A DNA stretch of 64,000 nucleotides, from contig JAQSCW010000023.1 in assembly GCA_029945625.1 (NCBI GenBank), positions 83,885-147,884 on the forward strand, given 5' to 3'. A model generated the notes under the pieces. That model did not search any database. It was not told the DNA's origin and saw only the letters and a list, made by a program, of their open reading frames with translations. Positions within the stretch are counted from its first letter, which is position 1. Every line of letters starts with the position of its first letter. Below, piece by piece: positions 1 through 8,713 of this stretch. Source of the DNA: a bacterium. Its GTDB lineage: Bacteria > Bacteroidota > Bacteroidia > B-17B0 > Aurantibacillaceae. The translations under genes were made by a program, and so were the position numbers.

Positions 1-480
1 GTCACTCACGTGTATAGCAATAATCTGCAAATCAAGTTGGGTATGTATTATAACCGTGAATTTTGGGGCAATTTCTTTTTGCCTCTGGCGGGTGTTGACT
101 GGAAAATTAATGATCGTTTTCAAATGTATGGCGTGATGCCATCTAATTTCAGATTTGAATACAAAGTGAGCAAGAACTGGAATACAGGTGTAGGCTGGAG
201 GTCATTTCAACGTTCATTTCGCCTGAGCCAGACCTTTAACAACGATTTTATTTGGGTGAAAGAAAACCAGGTGAAAGCTTATATTGAAGGATTTGTGTAT
301 AAGAATTTGCTCTTAACGTTTGATGTGTACCGCAGCGTTACCTACGATCTGGCCCGTCACGATTACTCCGACGTGAATTTGCAAAAATCGGGATTAAATA
401 CCTTTGCCCCCTTTGAGAACAATATGGGGTTTACAGTAGGATTTGCGTACCGGATTCTCAACACCCTTCCTCAGAAGTAG
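1..480 (+). CDS. Putative outer-membrane beta-barrel protein, C-terminal fragment (5' end upstream of window)
   Basis: The frame is open from nt 1, and the track start at nt 10 is an in-frame GTG. Alternating aromatic/polar strand-like segments (FRFEYKV, GVGWRSF, GFTVGFAYRI). No family recognised. Confidence 0.4.
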   Translation, partial: VTHVYSNNLQIKLGMYYNREFWGNFFLPLAGVDWKINDRFQMYGVMPSNFRFEYKVSKNWNTGVGWRSFQRSFRLSQTFNNDFIWVKENQVKAYIEGFVYKNLLLTFDVYRSVTYDLARHDYSDVNLQKSGLNTFAPFENNMGFTVGFAYRILNTLPQK

Positions 481-504
481 GATAAATAGTTGGCGTTTAA
501 ATGC

Positions 505-512
505 TAATTTTG
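505..512 (+). promoter_or_regulatory. Candidate Bacteroidota -7 promoter box (TAnnTTTG)
   Basis: TAATTTTG ends 8 nt before the ATG at 520, which implies a very short leader. Motif match only. Confidence 0.3.
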
Positions 513-519
513 TGGCTGT

Positions 520-1851
520 ATGACAAGGATTCTCATCATCGGCGCAGGGCGCTCAGCAATTTCATTAATCGATTATTTACTCGCGCATGCATTGGAGCAC
601 CAATGGAAAATTACGGTGGCCGATGTGGATGTAAAATTAGCGGAAGAAAAAGTGGCCAAACATCCCAATGGCACTGCTATTGGATTTGATATTCGAAATG
701 CCGATCATCGTCGTGAACTCATTGGGGCGCATGATTTAGTGATTTCGATGCTGCCTGCATTTATGCATGGCGATGTAGCCCGCGATTGTGTGGAACTTGG
801 TAAACATCTGGCTACCGCCAGTTATGTAAGTGAAGATCTAAAAAAGTTGGATGCGGAAGCAAAACGCAAAAACCTGTTATTGCTCAACGAATGTGGTTTG
901 GATCCGGGGTTAGATCATGCCAGCGCCATGAAGATCATTGATGAGATTAAAAACAAGGGTGGAATCATTACCGTATTTAAGTCTTATTGCGGGGGTCTCG
1001 TTGCGCCACAAAGTAATACCAATCCATGGGGGTATAAATTCAGCTGGAATCCGCGAAATGTGATTCTGGCAGGTCAGGGTACCGCGCAATGGCTCGATGA
1101 GGGCCAATTTAAATTTATTCCCTATAACCGTTTGTTTTTGCAAACCGATGTGGTGGCCTCTGAAAAGTACGGGAAGTTCGATGCTTACGCGAACCGCGAT
1201 AGCATTAGCTATATTGATATATACGGCTTAAACGGAATAAAAACCATGCTCCGCGGAACGCTTCGTCAGCACGGGTATTGCAAGGCATGGGACGTGTTTG
1301 TAAAATTGGGTCTTACCGACGACAGTTCGGTAGTAACAAATGCCAATAAACTTACTTACAGCGAACTCATCTTGTCTTTTTTACCAACGGCAGCGGGCTC
1401 TTTAAAAGACCGGCTTAAAAATTTTGTGGGTGCTACCTGGGATGCAGAGGTGGAAGACATGATGGATTACCTGGAATTATTTTCAAACAAAGCCATTACA
1501 CTCGCAGAAGGAAGTCCTGCTAAATTATTGCAATCACTCTTGGAAGAAAAATGGAAATTAATGCCGGGTGATAAAGATCTAATTGTGATGGAACACCAAT
1601 TTGAATATGTACTTCCGGGGGAAGCCCGAACTCGTAAACTTAATTCATTTTTGGCCGTGGAAGGTAAAGATGAAAATCATACGGCCATGGCCCTCACGGT
1701 TGGACTGCCATTGGCAATTACCGTAAAAAATTTCTTAACCGGAAAAATCAACTTAAACGGCATTCAACGTCCCATTATCCCTCAAATCTATGAGCCCATG
1801 TTGTCCGAATTAAAAGAGCAGGGGATCTCTTTCACCGAACGGTGGACTTAA
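520..1851 (+). CDS. Saccharopine dehydrogenase family oxidoreductase
   Basis: 443 aa. N-terminal Rossmann motif ILIIGAGRSA, and a central LNECGLDPGLDH segment typical of saccharopine dehydrogenase/reductase (Lys9-like) proteins. Confidence 0.8.
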   Translation: MTRILIIGAGRSAISLIDYLLAHALEHQWKITVADVDVKLAEEKVAKHPNGTAIGFDIRNADHRRELIGAHDLVISMLPAFMHGDVARDCVELGKHLATASYVSEDLKKLDAEAKRKNLLLLNECGLDPGLDHASAMKIIDEIKNKGGIITVFKSYCGGLVAPQSNTNPWGYKFSWNPRNVILAGQGTAQWLDEGQFKFIPYNRLFLQTDVVASEKYGKFDAYANRDSISYIDIYGLNGIKTMLRGTLRQHGYCKAWDVFVKLGLTDDSSVVTNANKLTYSELILSFLPTAAGSLKDRLKNFVGATWDAEVEDMMDYLELFSNKAITLAEGSPAKLLQSLLEEKWKLMPGDKDLIVMEHQFEYVLPGEARTRKLNSFLAVEGKDENHTAMALTVGLPLAITVKNFLTGKINLNGIQRPIIPQIYEPMLSELKEQGISFTERWT

Positions 1852-1969
1852 CAAATTATGTGTAATCGAACATTTTTTTGCGGTGCCAACAACAACAGAT
1901 TGCACCCGCCGGCCCGCAATGTGTACGAAAAATCAAATGTTGTTTTGAGGGAAAGAGCAGTGGCTTAAA

Positions 1970-2680
1970 TTATTTTCCCATTCCGGCTTTCGACAATTCT
2001 TTCATTTCCTTATAGGTCATCATCGAATAGCCCTCGGCATCGATCTTGAAAACGGAATCATCAATAGGGGTGGTTAAGATCTCCGTGGCGGCGCTCATTA
2101 TTTTCATTTCCATTCCCTGGTTTTCGCGACTGGCTTCAATAGCCAAAGGAAATCCTTTTAGATCACTGAGGTCGGTCATGCCCCGACCTCCTTTATTGGC
2201 GTGACTTCTGTCGGCTTTAATATCGGGAGTAAACCATACAATGGTTTTATTTTCTTTTTTGTCCTGGTCTATGGTAGTAACAATGGCCTTGGTACAGCTG
2301 TACCCGGCTATCATTTTTGTTTCGTTGGTGTATTCATAAGTAGGTTTTGCTTCAGGCTTTTTTGCCTTGTCCTCTGCATCAAGTTCCTCCTTGGTAGCGA
2401 TATACCCTTTCTTCTGACCCATTTGATCCGTCAAGGAGGTCATCTTCTTTCCGTCGTAATAAACAACGCTACCTCCCATCATGCCGGTGATTTCAGTTTT
2501 ACGCTGATTGTCTTTGATGTAACTCACTATTTCCTGTTCCGCCATGGCTGCATATTCAGCAGGCAAGCCTTCTATTTTAAGAGTGGTTTTGATGGTATAA
2601 TTTTGTTGTGCCTGCGTGGCAACCGGAGACAGGAGCAGCAAACCTGCTATTACTAACGTGTGCGAAATACTAACTTTCAT
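1970..2680 (-). CDS. Secreted hypothetical protein (weakly GLPGLI/DUF4412-like)
   Basis: Signal peptide MKVSISHTLVIAGLLLLSPVATQAQ. VWFTPDI...LKGFPLAIE resembles the WYT...GLPGLI C-terminal pattern. Distant paralog of the neighbouring 2752-3471 gene. Family assignment is by eye only. Confidence 0.45.
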   Translation of the reverse strand: MKVSISHTLVIAGLLLLSPVATQAQQNYTIKTTLKIEGLPAEYAAMAEQEIVSYIKDNQRKTEITGMMGGSVVYYDGKKMTSLTDQMGQKKGYIATKEELDAEDKAKKPEAKPTYEYTNETKMIAGYSCTKAIVTTIDQDKKENKTIVWFTPDIKADRSHANKGGRGMTDLSDLKGFPLAIEASRENQGMEMKIMSAATEILTTPIDDSVFKIDAEGYSMMTYKEMKELSKAGMGK

Positions 2681-2751
2681 GGTTCGATTTTTTTTTTCAA
2701 ATATACAACAGAGTGATTTAAAATGACGGGTACCAATAAAAAAAAGGGAAA

Positions 2752-3471
2752 TTATTGCAGATTTTCGATGAACTTTTGCATCTCTTCTTTGGACACAATT
2801 TTCATGGAAGCCGGAATATCGAACGCATTGTCGGGAATTTCCATATTCTTGTAGGACTTGGCGGCAAAGTGCAGTTCCATTCCCATACGTTCAATGCGGT
2901 AATCCAGTAACAGGCCTTTCACTTCGGAATAGGGTGTTAAGGCATTGCAGTTTTCCATTCCCAGTTCCTTGGTATACCACGCATCGAAGGTCACATTGGG
3001 CGTACCCATTCGTGTTACTTTAAGTTTATGTGCCTTTAACCCAATGATTTTTTTTGTTTCACCGGTTTCTTCTATTTTCAAAACATAATTTTTATTGGCT
3101 ACTGCCAAATCTTTGGCTTGTTCGATACAGGCTTGTTTGATGTCGAGAAAACGCACTGTTTGCGCCATTGTTTTGGCTTTGTTGTCACCAATAATGGAGG
3201 TATTGAACATGCCCATGGTAGTCATTTCAATCACAAACTTATCGCCCTTAAATTTGAGCGAAGCTGAGCTGGGAGCAAATCCATAGAGAGGATGGTTCTC
3301 GTCAACACCCTTGGTGTCAAATTCAACAATTCCTTCTTCCTCCCCACCAAACCTATAATTGGATTCGCAGGCACTGAATAGAAATACAAGTGCTAGGCAT
3401 CCACTGATGATGAAGGATCTGGCTATAAAGTTCATGGATTCAAAATGTTTGAGGAACTCCTTATATGACAC
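2752..3471 (-). CDS. Lipoprotein/secreted hypothetical protein (weakly GLPGLI/DUF4412-like)
   Basis: Hydrophobic N-terminus with lipobox-like LFSAC. AWYTKELG...VKGLLLDYRIE parallels the downstream paralog. The start may instead be the internal Met at about 3435. Confidence 0.45.
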   Translation of the reverse strand: MSYKEFLKHFESMNFIARSFIISGCLALVFLFSACESNYRFGGEEEGIVEFDTKGVDENHPLYGFAPSSASLKFKGDKFVIEMTTMGMFNTSIIGDNKAKTMAQTVRFLDIKQACIEQAKDLAVANKNYVLKIEETGETKKIIGLKAHKLKVTRMGTPNVTFDAWYTKELGMENCNALTPYSEVKGLLLDYRIERMGMELHFAAKSYKNMEIPDNAFDIPASMKIVSKEEMQKFIENLQ

Positions 3472-3492
3472 TAGTTAAGATGGTTTAAGTAG

Positions 3493-3873
3493 TTATTTCA
3501 TGGTCACTGTTTTCTCTACACTTTTGCCCTCTTCAAGCTTAATGATACCCGTTCCAACCAATGTTTTGGTACCAACCGTACGTGTAGCCCGGATATCGTA
3601 AATGGCAGGTAATTTAAAAACAAAAGTAGCTTCTCCTCCCGCATCACTGGTGCCACTTGCCTTCACGTCAGCTGTATAGGTGGTTTGTCCGGTGGGGTCA
3701 TTGGGGTCTTTTACCACCGCATAAAGTAAGACATTGGCATTTGCAACCGCCACACCCGAGGAGTCCCGGCAAATAACTTTGGCTTTACAGTCTGTATCCT
3801 TCTGACAGGAAATGCCGGTAATCATCAGCGCGCTCACCAAAAATCCTGCAAATATAAGAGAGAGTTGTTTCAT
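3493..3873 (-). CDS. Small lipoprotein, possibly carboxypeptidase-regulatory-like beta-sandwich
   Basis: Signal peptide plus lipobox MITGISC. All-beta pattern (ANANVLLYAV, GGEATFVFKLP). First gene of a co-directional three-gene set. Confidence 0.4.
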   Translation of the reverse strand: MKQLSLIFAGFLVSALMITGISCQKDTDCKAKVICRDSSGVAVANANVLLYAVVKDPNDPTGQTTYTADVKASGTSDAGGEATFVFKLPAIYDIRATRTVGTKTLVGTGIIKLEEGKSVEKTVTMK

Positions 3874-4005
3874 GTGCTTAAGAATTAATTCTATGTTTGT
3901 ACGAACCGGAAAAAAATTTAAAAAATCTAATCAATTCAGCCGGTTGGTACTGTGCAGTGTAGTTTAATGGTTATATCTTAACAAATATAAATAAAATAGT
4001 TTTAC

Positions 4006-4839
4006 ATGCAAAAGTTTATTTCCCTGTACCTGCTTTTATCAGCCTCATTTGGCGGTTCTATGGGCGCACAAACCTTAAGTCGCCAAACCATTGTTTTGGA
4101 AACATCGTATGGCACTCTTAAACTAAAACTCTATGAGGAAACTCCCCTCCATAAAGCCAATTTTCTAAAGCTGGTACATGATCATTTTTTCGACTCCCTT
4201 CTGTTTCACCGGGTAATCAACAATTTTATGATTCAGAGCGGTGATCCTCTCAGTAAAAAGGCCGGAGCCGGTGATTCGCTGGGACATGGCGATATTGGCT
4301 ACACGCTTCCGGCAGAGTTCAACCCAAAACTTTTCCATAAAAAAGGAACTCTTTGTGCCGCGCGCGAATCGGATGAAATTAATCCGCAAAAGGCATCGAG
4401 TGCGTCACAATTTTACCTCGTGATGGGCAAAAAAAGAACACTGGAAGATCTTGCCAAATACGAGGACAGAATCAATAAGACGCACTATACCAATTGCGCT
4501 CGTGAATTCATGAAAACAGAAGAGGGGAAAAACTTGAAAAATACCGCTAACCGAATGAAATTTGAAAATAAAACCGACAGCGCATTAGTTGTAAATGCTC
4601 ATATAGAAGAGATGATAAAGGCGCAACACCTCATGTCGCCCGAGTACAGATTCGACAAGGCGCAGATTGATGCATACACAACTGGCGGGGGCACACCGCA
4701 TCTGGATGGCACCTATACTGTTTTTGGAGAAGTGGTAGAAGGAATGGAGGTAATTGATAAGATTGCTGCCGTGCCTACCGATACGCGCGACCGACCCTTA
4801 AAGGATATTCGCTTAAAGATGTGGGTGCTGGAAGAATGA
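4006..4839 (+). CDS. Peptidyl-prolyl cis-trans isomerase, cyclophilin type, secreted
   Basis: Signal peptide, cyclophilin motifs FHRVINNFMIQSGDP and YTVFGEVVEGMEVIDKI, and a long internal insertion. Confidence 0.85.
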   Translation: MQKFISLYLLLSASFGGSMGAQTLSRQTIVLETSYGTLKLKLYEETPLHKANFLKLVHDHFFDSLLFHRVINNFMIQSGDPLSKKAGAGDSLGHGDIGYTLPAEFNPKLFHKKGTLCAARESDEINPQKASSASQFYLVMGKKRTLEDLAKYEDRINKTHYTNCAREFMKTEEGKNLKNTANRMKFENKTDSALVVNAHIEEMIKAQHLMSPEYRFDKAQIDAYTTGGGTPHLDGTYTVFGEVVEGMEVIDKIAAVPTDTRDRPLKDIRLKMWVLEE

Positions 4840-4910
4840 ATCCCTTTTTTTCTTAAATGATGATGACATTAAACCTTTTTCAAATTCCTGCATCAAAAAA
4901 GAAAAAACAC

Positions 4911-5318
4911 ATGAAAAACCTCGCATTATTTTTAGCACTCACTTTGGGATCGATCACATACATAGGCGCACAGACCTCAACCCCTGCAGCCGCCAAGAAT
5001 CAGAAAAAAAATCTGAGTCCGGATGAACAAGCCAAACGCTCGGCAGATAAGGCCGCCACGAAATTGGGGTTAACGGCCGATCAAAAGGCCAAATGGGAAG
5101 TGGCCGAAAGAGAGCACCTTACAGTCAATTCACCGCTGAGAGAGCGATTGAATGGGTCTACTACTCCCGAGGAACGCAAACAAATTCATCAGGAGATGAC
5201 TACTAACAATGATCACTTTGAGACGACCCTGGGCACATTTCTAACACCCGATCAACTTGCCAAGTTTAAGGAAATTAAGAAGGAGAAGCAGCAGGAACGC
5301 AAAGGGCAAATGCATTAA
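4911..5318 (+). CDS. Secreted helical protein with LTxxQ-like motifs (Spy/CpxP-like?)
   Basis: I prefer the start at MKNLALFLALTLG (signal peptide) over the track start at 4857. Two LTxxQ-like motifs (LTADQKAKW, LTPDQLAKF). Lys/Glu-rich. Confidence 0.4.
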   Translation: MKNLALFLALTLGSITYIGAQTSTPAAAKNQKKNLSPDEQAKRSADKAATKLGLTADQKAKWEVAEREHLTVNSPLRERLNGSTTPEERKQIHQEMTTNNDHFETTLGTFLTPDQLAKFKEIKKEKQQERKGQMH

Positions 5319-5662
5319 CCTAGTGCCAATAGGGCCGCTTCCACATTCTTTTTGGAATTCCCAATAAAGATCTGATTGCCTATCTGTATCACCGGGCGTT
5401 TCAAGAAGGTGTATTCCGATAAAATCAGTTTAGTATAGTCCACTTCGGTAGTGGGTTTGGGGTTGAGGGTCTTGTATTTAAGGGCTAGACGACTAAACAG
5501 GGCTTCGCATGAACCACTCAGTGCTTTCATTTCCTGCAACTGTTCGGCAGTGATTTTCTCATTCTTAATGTCCTGAAACACAAACTTTTTCTCTTTTAAT
5601 TTTAGCTCGTTGATAATCCTTATGCACGTGCTGCAGGAAGAAAGAAAATAGACTTTTTTCAT
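5315..5662 (-). CDS. ArsC/Spx/YffB family thioredoxin-fold protein
   Basis: 115 aa. N-terminal YFLSSCSTCIR redox motif, and the size and layout of the ArsC family. Confidence 0.7.
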   Translation of the reverse strand: MKKVYFLSSCSTCIRIINELKLKEKKFVFQDIKNEKITAEQLQEMKALSGSCEALFSRLALKYKTLNPKPTTEVDYTKLILSEYTFLKRPVIQIGNQIFIGNSKKNVEAALLALG

Positions 5663-5681
5663 GGTTAAGAAGAGAAGGTTT

Positions 5682-6857
5682 TTATTCCACCCAAAGCACC
5701 ATTCCTTTGAGGTATTCGCCTTCGGGAAAATTAGGAGTCACGGGATGATCTGCAGGCTGGTATAAATAGTGAAGGATCTTAATGTTCCTTCCGGCTTCAA
5801 GGGCTGCAGAGGTGATGGTATTGTAAAATAACATTTTGTCGATTACCCCGCTGCAACTAAATGTAAAAATGATGCCGTTAGGTTTAATCAATTTCATGGC
5901 CATGGTATTTAAACGCTTGTAGCCAATCACTGCGTGGTGTTTGTTGTCGCGGCTCTTGGCGAAAGCCGGAGGATCGAGCACGATAACATCGTAGGCATTT
6001 TGTTTGTCCTTCAAAAACTCAAATGTATCGTCCACAAAGCTCGTGTGATTGTTAAGTTGGTTGAGGTCAATGTTCTGCTCGCACAAATCGATGGCCGATT
6101 GGCTGGCATCAACCGATTCAACAATGGTGGCACCGGCATACGCGGCGTAAACAGAGAATCCTCCCGTATAACAAAACGAATTCAGTACAATTTTGTTTTT
6201 ACAATACTCCGCCAGCAATTTACGGTTATCGCGTTGGTCGATGAAAAAACCGGTTTTTTGTCCCCTAATAAAATCAACTTTAAAAAGATGATGGTTTTCT
6301 TTCACGATGATCTCTTCTTCATTACCAACCAAAAATCCGTTCACCGTTTTTTCGCTGTAATGTTTAGATAGCGTTTCGGCACTTTTATCGTAAATACTTT
6401 TCAAAAGCGGACCCAGCACTCGTTTTATGGCAAGGGCTATATTCTCCCGCTGAAGGTAAACCCCACCCGAGTGAGACTGAAACACCACGTGGCCGTTATA
6501 ATAATCTAATATGAGGCCCGGAACCCCATCCCCTTCACCAAAAAACATCCGACACACGTTGGTATGTTCACTTAATATGCCAAGGTGCGAGCGGTACAGC
6601 CAGGCTTTGTGGATTTTTTCGTACCAAAACTCTTCGTCAATGAGGCACTGAGTAAAGGAAATGATTCGCACAGCAATGCTGCCTCCGGCGTAGTACCCCG
6701 TTGCCAGATACTCTTTCTTAAAGTTGAAGACTTCCACCAGCTCTCCATCCTGAAGCCCGGCATCCTTTTTGGCAATGGCTCCCGAAAACACCCAGGGGTG
6801 TTTCCGCTGCAGTGAAAAATCCTTGCCTTTATGAAGTATTATTTGTGGGTAATCCAT
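5682..6857 (-). CDS. rlmI: Class I SAM-dependent rRNA (cytosine-C5) methyltransferase, RlmI-like
   Basis: 391 aa. PUA-like N-terminus (HPWVFSGAI), FFIDQRDNR, a SAM-binding CYTGGFSVYA segment and the VLDPPAF motif. Confidence 0.65.
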   Translation of the reverse strand: MDYPQIILHKGKDFSLQRKHPWVFSGAIAKKDAGLQDGELVEVFNFKKEYLATGYYAGGSIAVRIISFTQCLIDEEFWYEKIHKAWLYRSHLGILSEHTNVCRMFFGEGDGVPGLILDYYNGHVVFQSHSGGVYLQRENIALAIKRVLGPLLKSIYDKSAETLSKHYSEKTVNGFLVGNEEEIIVKENHHLFKVDFIRGQKTGFFIDQRDNRKLLAEYCKNKIVLNSFCYTGGFSVYAAYAGATIVESVDASQSAIDLCEQNIDLNQLNNHTSFVDDTFEFLKDKQNAYDVIVLDPPAFAKSRDNKHHAVIGYKRLNTMAMKLIKPNGIIFTFSCSGVIDKMLFYNTITSAALEAGRNIKILHYLYQPADHPVTPNFPEGEYLKGMVLWVE

Positions 6858-7077
6858 ATTCCTCTCTACTCTTTCATAAGATGTTGTTGGTAATCTCTGT
6901 TCTGCTGAGATTTCTTCCCCTCACCAGCCACAAATTTAAAATTCTTTTCCGAAGAATTTATCTCAAAGTAGGGAAATACGGTTTTGGGCGAAAAAATAGC
7001 AAAGGTCAATTTTTTTGGAACAAAATTTTGAAAATGATATTAAATGGTTACTTTTAAAAATAAAATTCTTTTAGTTT

Positions 7078-7482
7078 ATGTTACAAGCCAACGAAACCTA
7101 TTCGCATGAGTTCCAGTTTTCACAAGAAGAAGTGAATCGCTTTGCAGAAGTAACCGGCGATAAAAATCCGGTACACCTCGATGCCACTTATGCTGCTAAA
7201 ACTATGTTCAAACGTCCCATCATGCATGGCATGTTGAGCGCCTCATTATTCAGCAAAGTGTTCGGCACTTTATTTCCGGGCGAAGGAACCATTTATTTGA
7301 AACAAACACTCAATTTCTTAAAGCCCATGTATGTGGATACTCCCTACGAAGCGGTTTTTACGGTGAAAGAAGTGTTAAAAGATAAAAATCGCGCCATTAT
7401 AGAAACCGTTATAAAAGACAAAGAAGGAAAACTCTGCACTAGTGGTGAAGCCTCGGTGATGAATGTTGACAAAATAAAATAG
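7078..7482 (+). CDS. phaJ: (R)-specific enoyl-CoA hydratase, MaoC/PhaJ hotdog
   Basis: 134 aa, the same length as Aeromonas PhaJ. Motifs GDKNPVHLD and RPIMHGML, with a layout matching the PhaJ sequence as I remember it. Confidence 0.75.
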   Translation: MLQANETYSHEFQFSQEEVNRFAEVTGDKNPVHLDATYAAKTMFKRPIMHGMLSASLFSKVFGTLFPGEGTIYLKQTLNFLKPMYVDTPYEAVFTVKEVLKDKNRAIIETVIKDKEGKLCTSGEASVMNVDKIK

Positions 7483-7550
7483 GTTGAAAATTGTTCTGAA
7501 ATATTTTTACTATAAAAGTTAATCGAATAAATATCTAAAAAATAATTAGT

Positions 7551-8297
7551 ATGGACAAGCAAAACAAACGAATTGTATTGGTTACCGGTGCTACCGGTGG
7601 ACTCGGAACGGCCATGTGTAAAGAATTATATAAAGATGGTTTTCACGTGGTGGGTAATTATCATACCAAAGAGAAGGCTGACAAGTGGCAGAAAGAGATG
7701 AAAGAGGAGGGATTCGACATCCAATTGTTTTTTGGAGATGTGAGTAATTTTGAAAGTGCCGGGGAGATGATAAAGAAGATTGAGGCCGAAGTTGGTCCTG
7801 TTGATACCTTAGTGAATAATGCCGGAATTACCCGCGATGGACGATTGCTGAATATGAGCAAAGACGATTGGAACGCGGTAATTAATACAAATTTGAACAG
7901 TGTGTTTAACTGTACCAAACATGTTTTGCCCGGTATGGTGGAACGAAAGTTTGGAAGGATTATTAATATTTCATCAGTAAATGGTCAGCGCGGCCAATTT
8001 GGACAAACCAATTACAGTGCGGCCAAAGCAGGTATGCATGGCTTTACCAAATCTTTGGCCATGGAAGTGGCAAAGTTGGGAATTACCGTAAATACCATTT
8101 CTCCCGGGTATATCGGCACCGACATGGTAATGGCGGTTCCCGAGAAGATCTTAACGCAAATCATTGCACAGGTGCCATTGGGAAGATTAGGAGGTACGCA
8201 TGAGGTGGCGCATTTGGTGAGTTTTCTGGCGAGCGAAGAAACCAGTTTTATTACCGGAGCTAATTATAGCATTAACGGCGGGCAACACGTTTATTAG
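7551..8297 (+). CDS. phaB: Acetoacetyl-CoA reductase (SDR), PhaB type
   Basis: 248 aa. TGATGGLG, NNAGITRD and SSVNGQRGQFGQTNYSAAKAG...SPGYIGTDM closely parallel Cupriavidus PhaB along the whole length (comparison from memory). Confidence 0.8.
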   Translation: MDKQNKRIVLVTGATGGLGTAMCKELYKDGFHVVGNYHTKEKADKWQKEMKEEGFDIQLFFGDVSNFESAGEMIKKIEAEVGPVDTLVNNAGITRDGRLLNMSKDDWNAVINTNLNSVFNCTKHVLPGMVERKFGRIINISSVNGQRGQFGQTNYSAAKAGMHGFTKSLAMEVAKLGITVNTISPGYIGTDMVMAVPEKILTQIIAQVPLGRLGGTHEVAHLVSFLASEETSFITGANYSINGGQHVY

Positions 8298-8305
8298 ATT
8301 CAAGC

Positions 8306-8612
8306 GAATTGACGATTTTTTTATTTACGATTTACGATGGAAGGAATCGTGAATGAATTATAGCTTGTCTTATATTTACGATTTTTTTTATTTACGATTG
8401 ACTATTGACGAGGCGGGAGTTAAATGGTCAATTTCTTGAGGGTTTATATACAAAGCAATCTAACCTCTGACTTCTAAGATCTAAATTTACTTCATTCCTC
8501 GTCAATTATTACTGGTGTTTATTTACAATTTTTTAATTTACGATTGGCCTTTGAAAGGCTCGAGAACCAAATCGTCAATAGTCAATTCGTAAATCGTCAA
8601 TTTGTCAATAGC
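8306..8612. repeat. Composite direct/inverted repeat cluster built from ATTTACGATT and ATTGACG words
   Basis: Direct copies of (A/T)CGAT-T(6-8)-ATTTACGATT at 8311-8332, 8377-8399 and 8522-8545. The 21-nt ATTTACGATTGACTATTGACG (8390-8410) recurs inverted at 8573-8594 (21/22). A perfect 10-bp inverted pair lies at 8404-8413 / 8497-8506. Confidence 0.85.
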
Positions 8613-8713
8613 ACTTCTCTTATTTATCAAAAATTCTTCCACGATATCCCCTCTTTAGTGGTTTGTTATTAGAAATAAAAGGCCTATTTTAGCCGCCTAA
8701 CATAAATTAAAAC

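Noticed and set aside
1888-1918. Hairpin GCGGTGC...GCACCCGC after the saccharopine dehydrogenase gene as a terminator
   Set aside because: The stem is imperfect, and the T-run precedes the stem on the plus strand rather than following it. On the minus strand an A-run follows the stem.
2201-2656. 151-aa antisense ORF inside the 1970-2680 gene. Similar nested or antisense ORFs include 910-1143, 3095-3286, 5934-6371, 14446-15030, 22335-23198, 33689-34093, 43492-43851, 53326-53697 and 62578-63079.
   Set aside because: All lie inside stronger, motif-supported genes on the other strand or frame, and their translations show no motifs. They are treated as shadow ORFs.
4857-4910. Upstream start of the LTxxQ protein
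   Set aside because: The MKNLALFLALTLG signal peptide begins at 4911, and the 18 extra residues would bury it.
6812-7057. 81-aa ORF in the divergent promoter region between rlmI and phaJ
   Set aside because: It has a low-complexity hydrophobic/basic composition, overlaps the rlmI start, and has no motif. It is probably non-coding promoter DNA.
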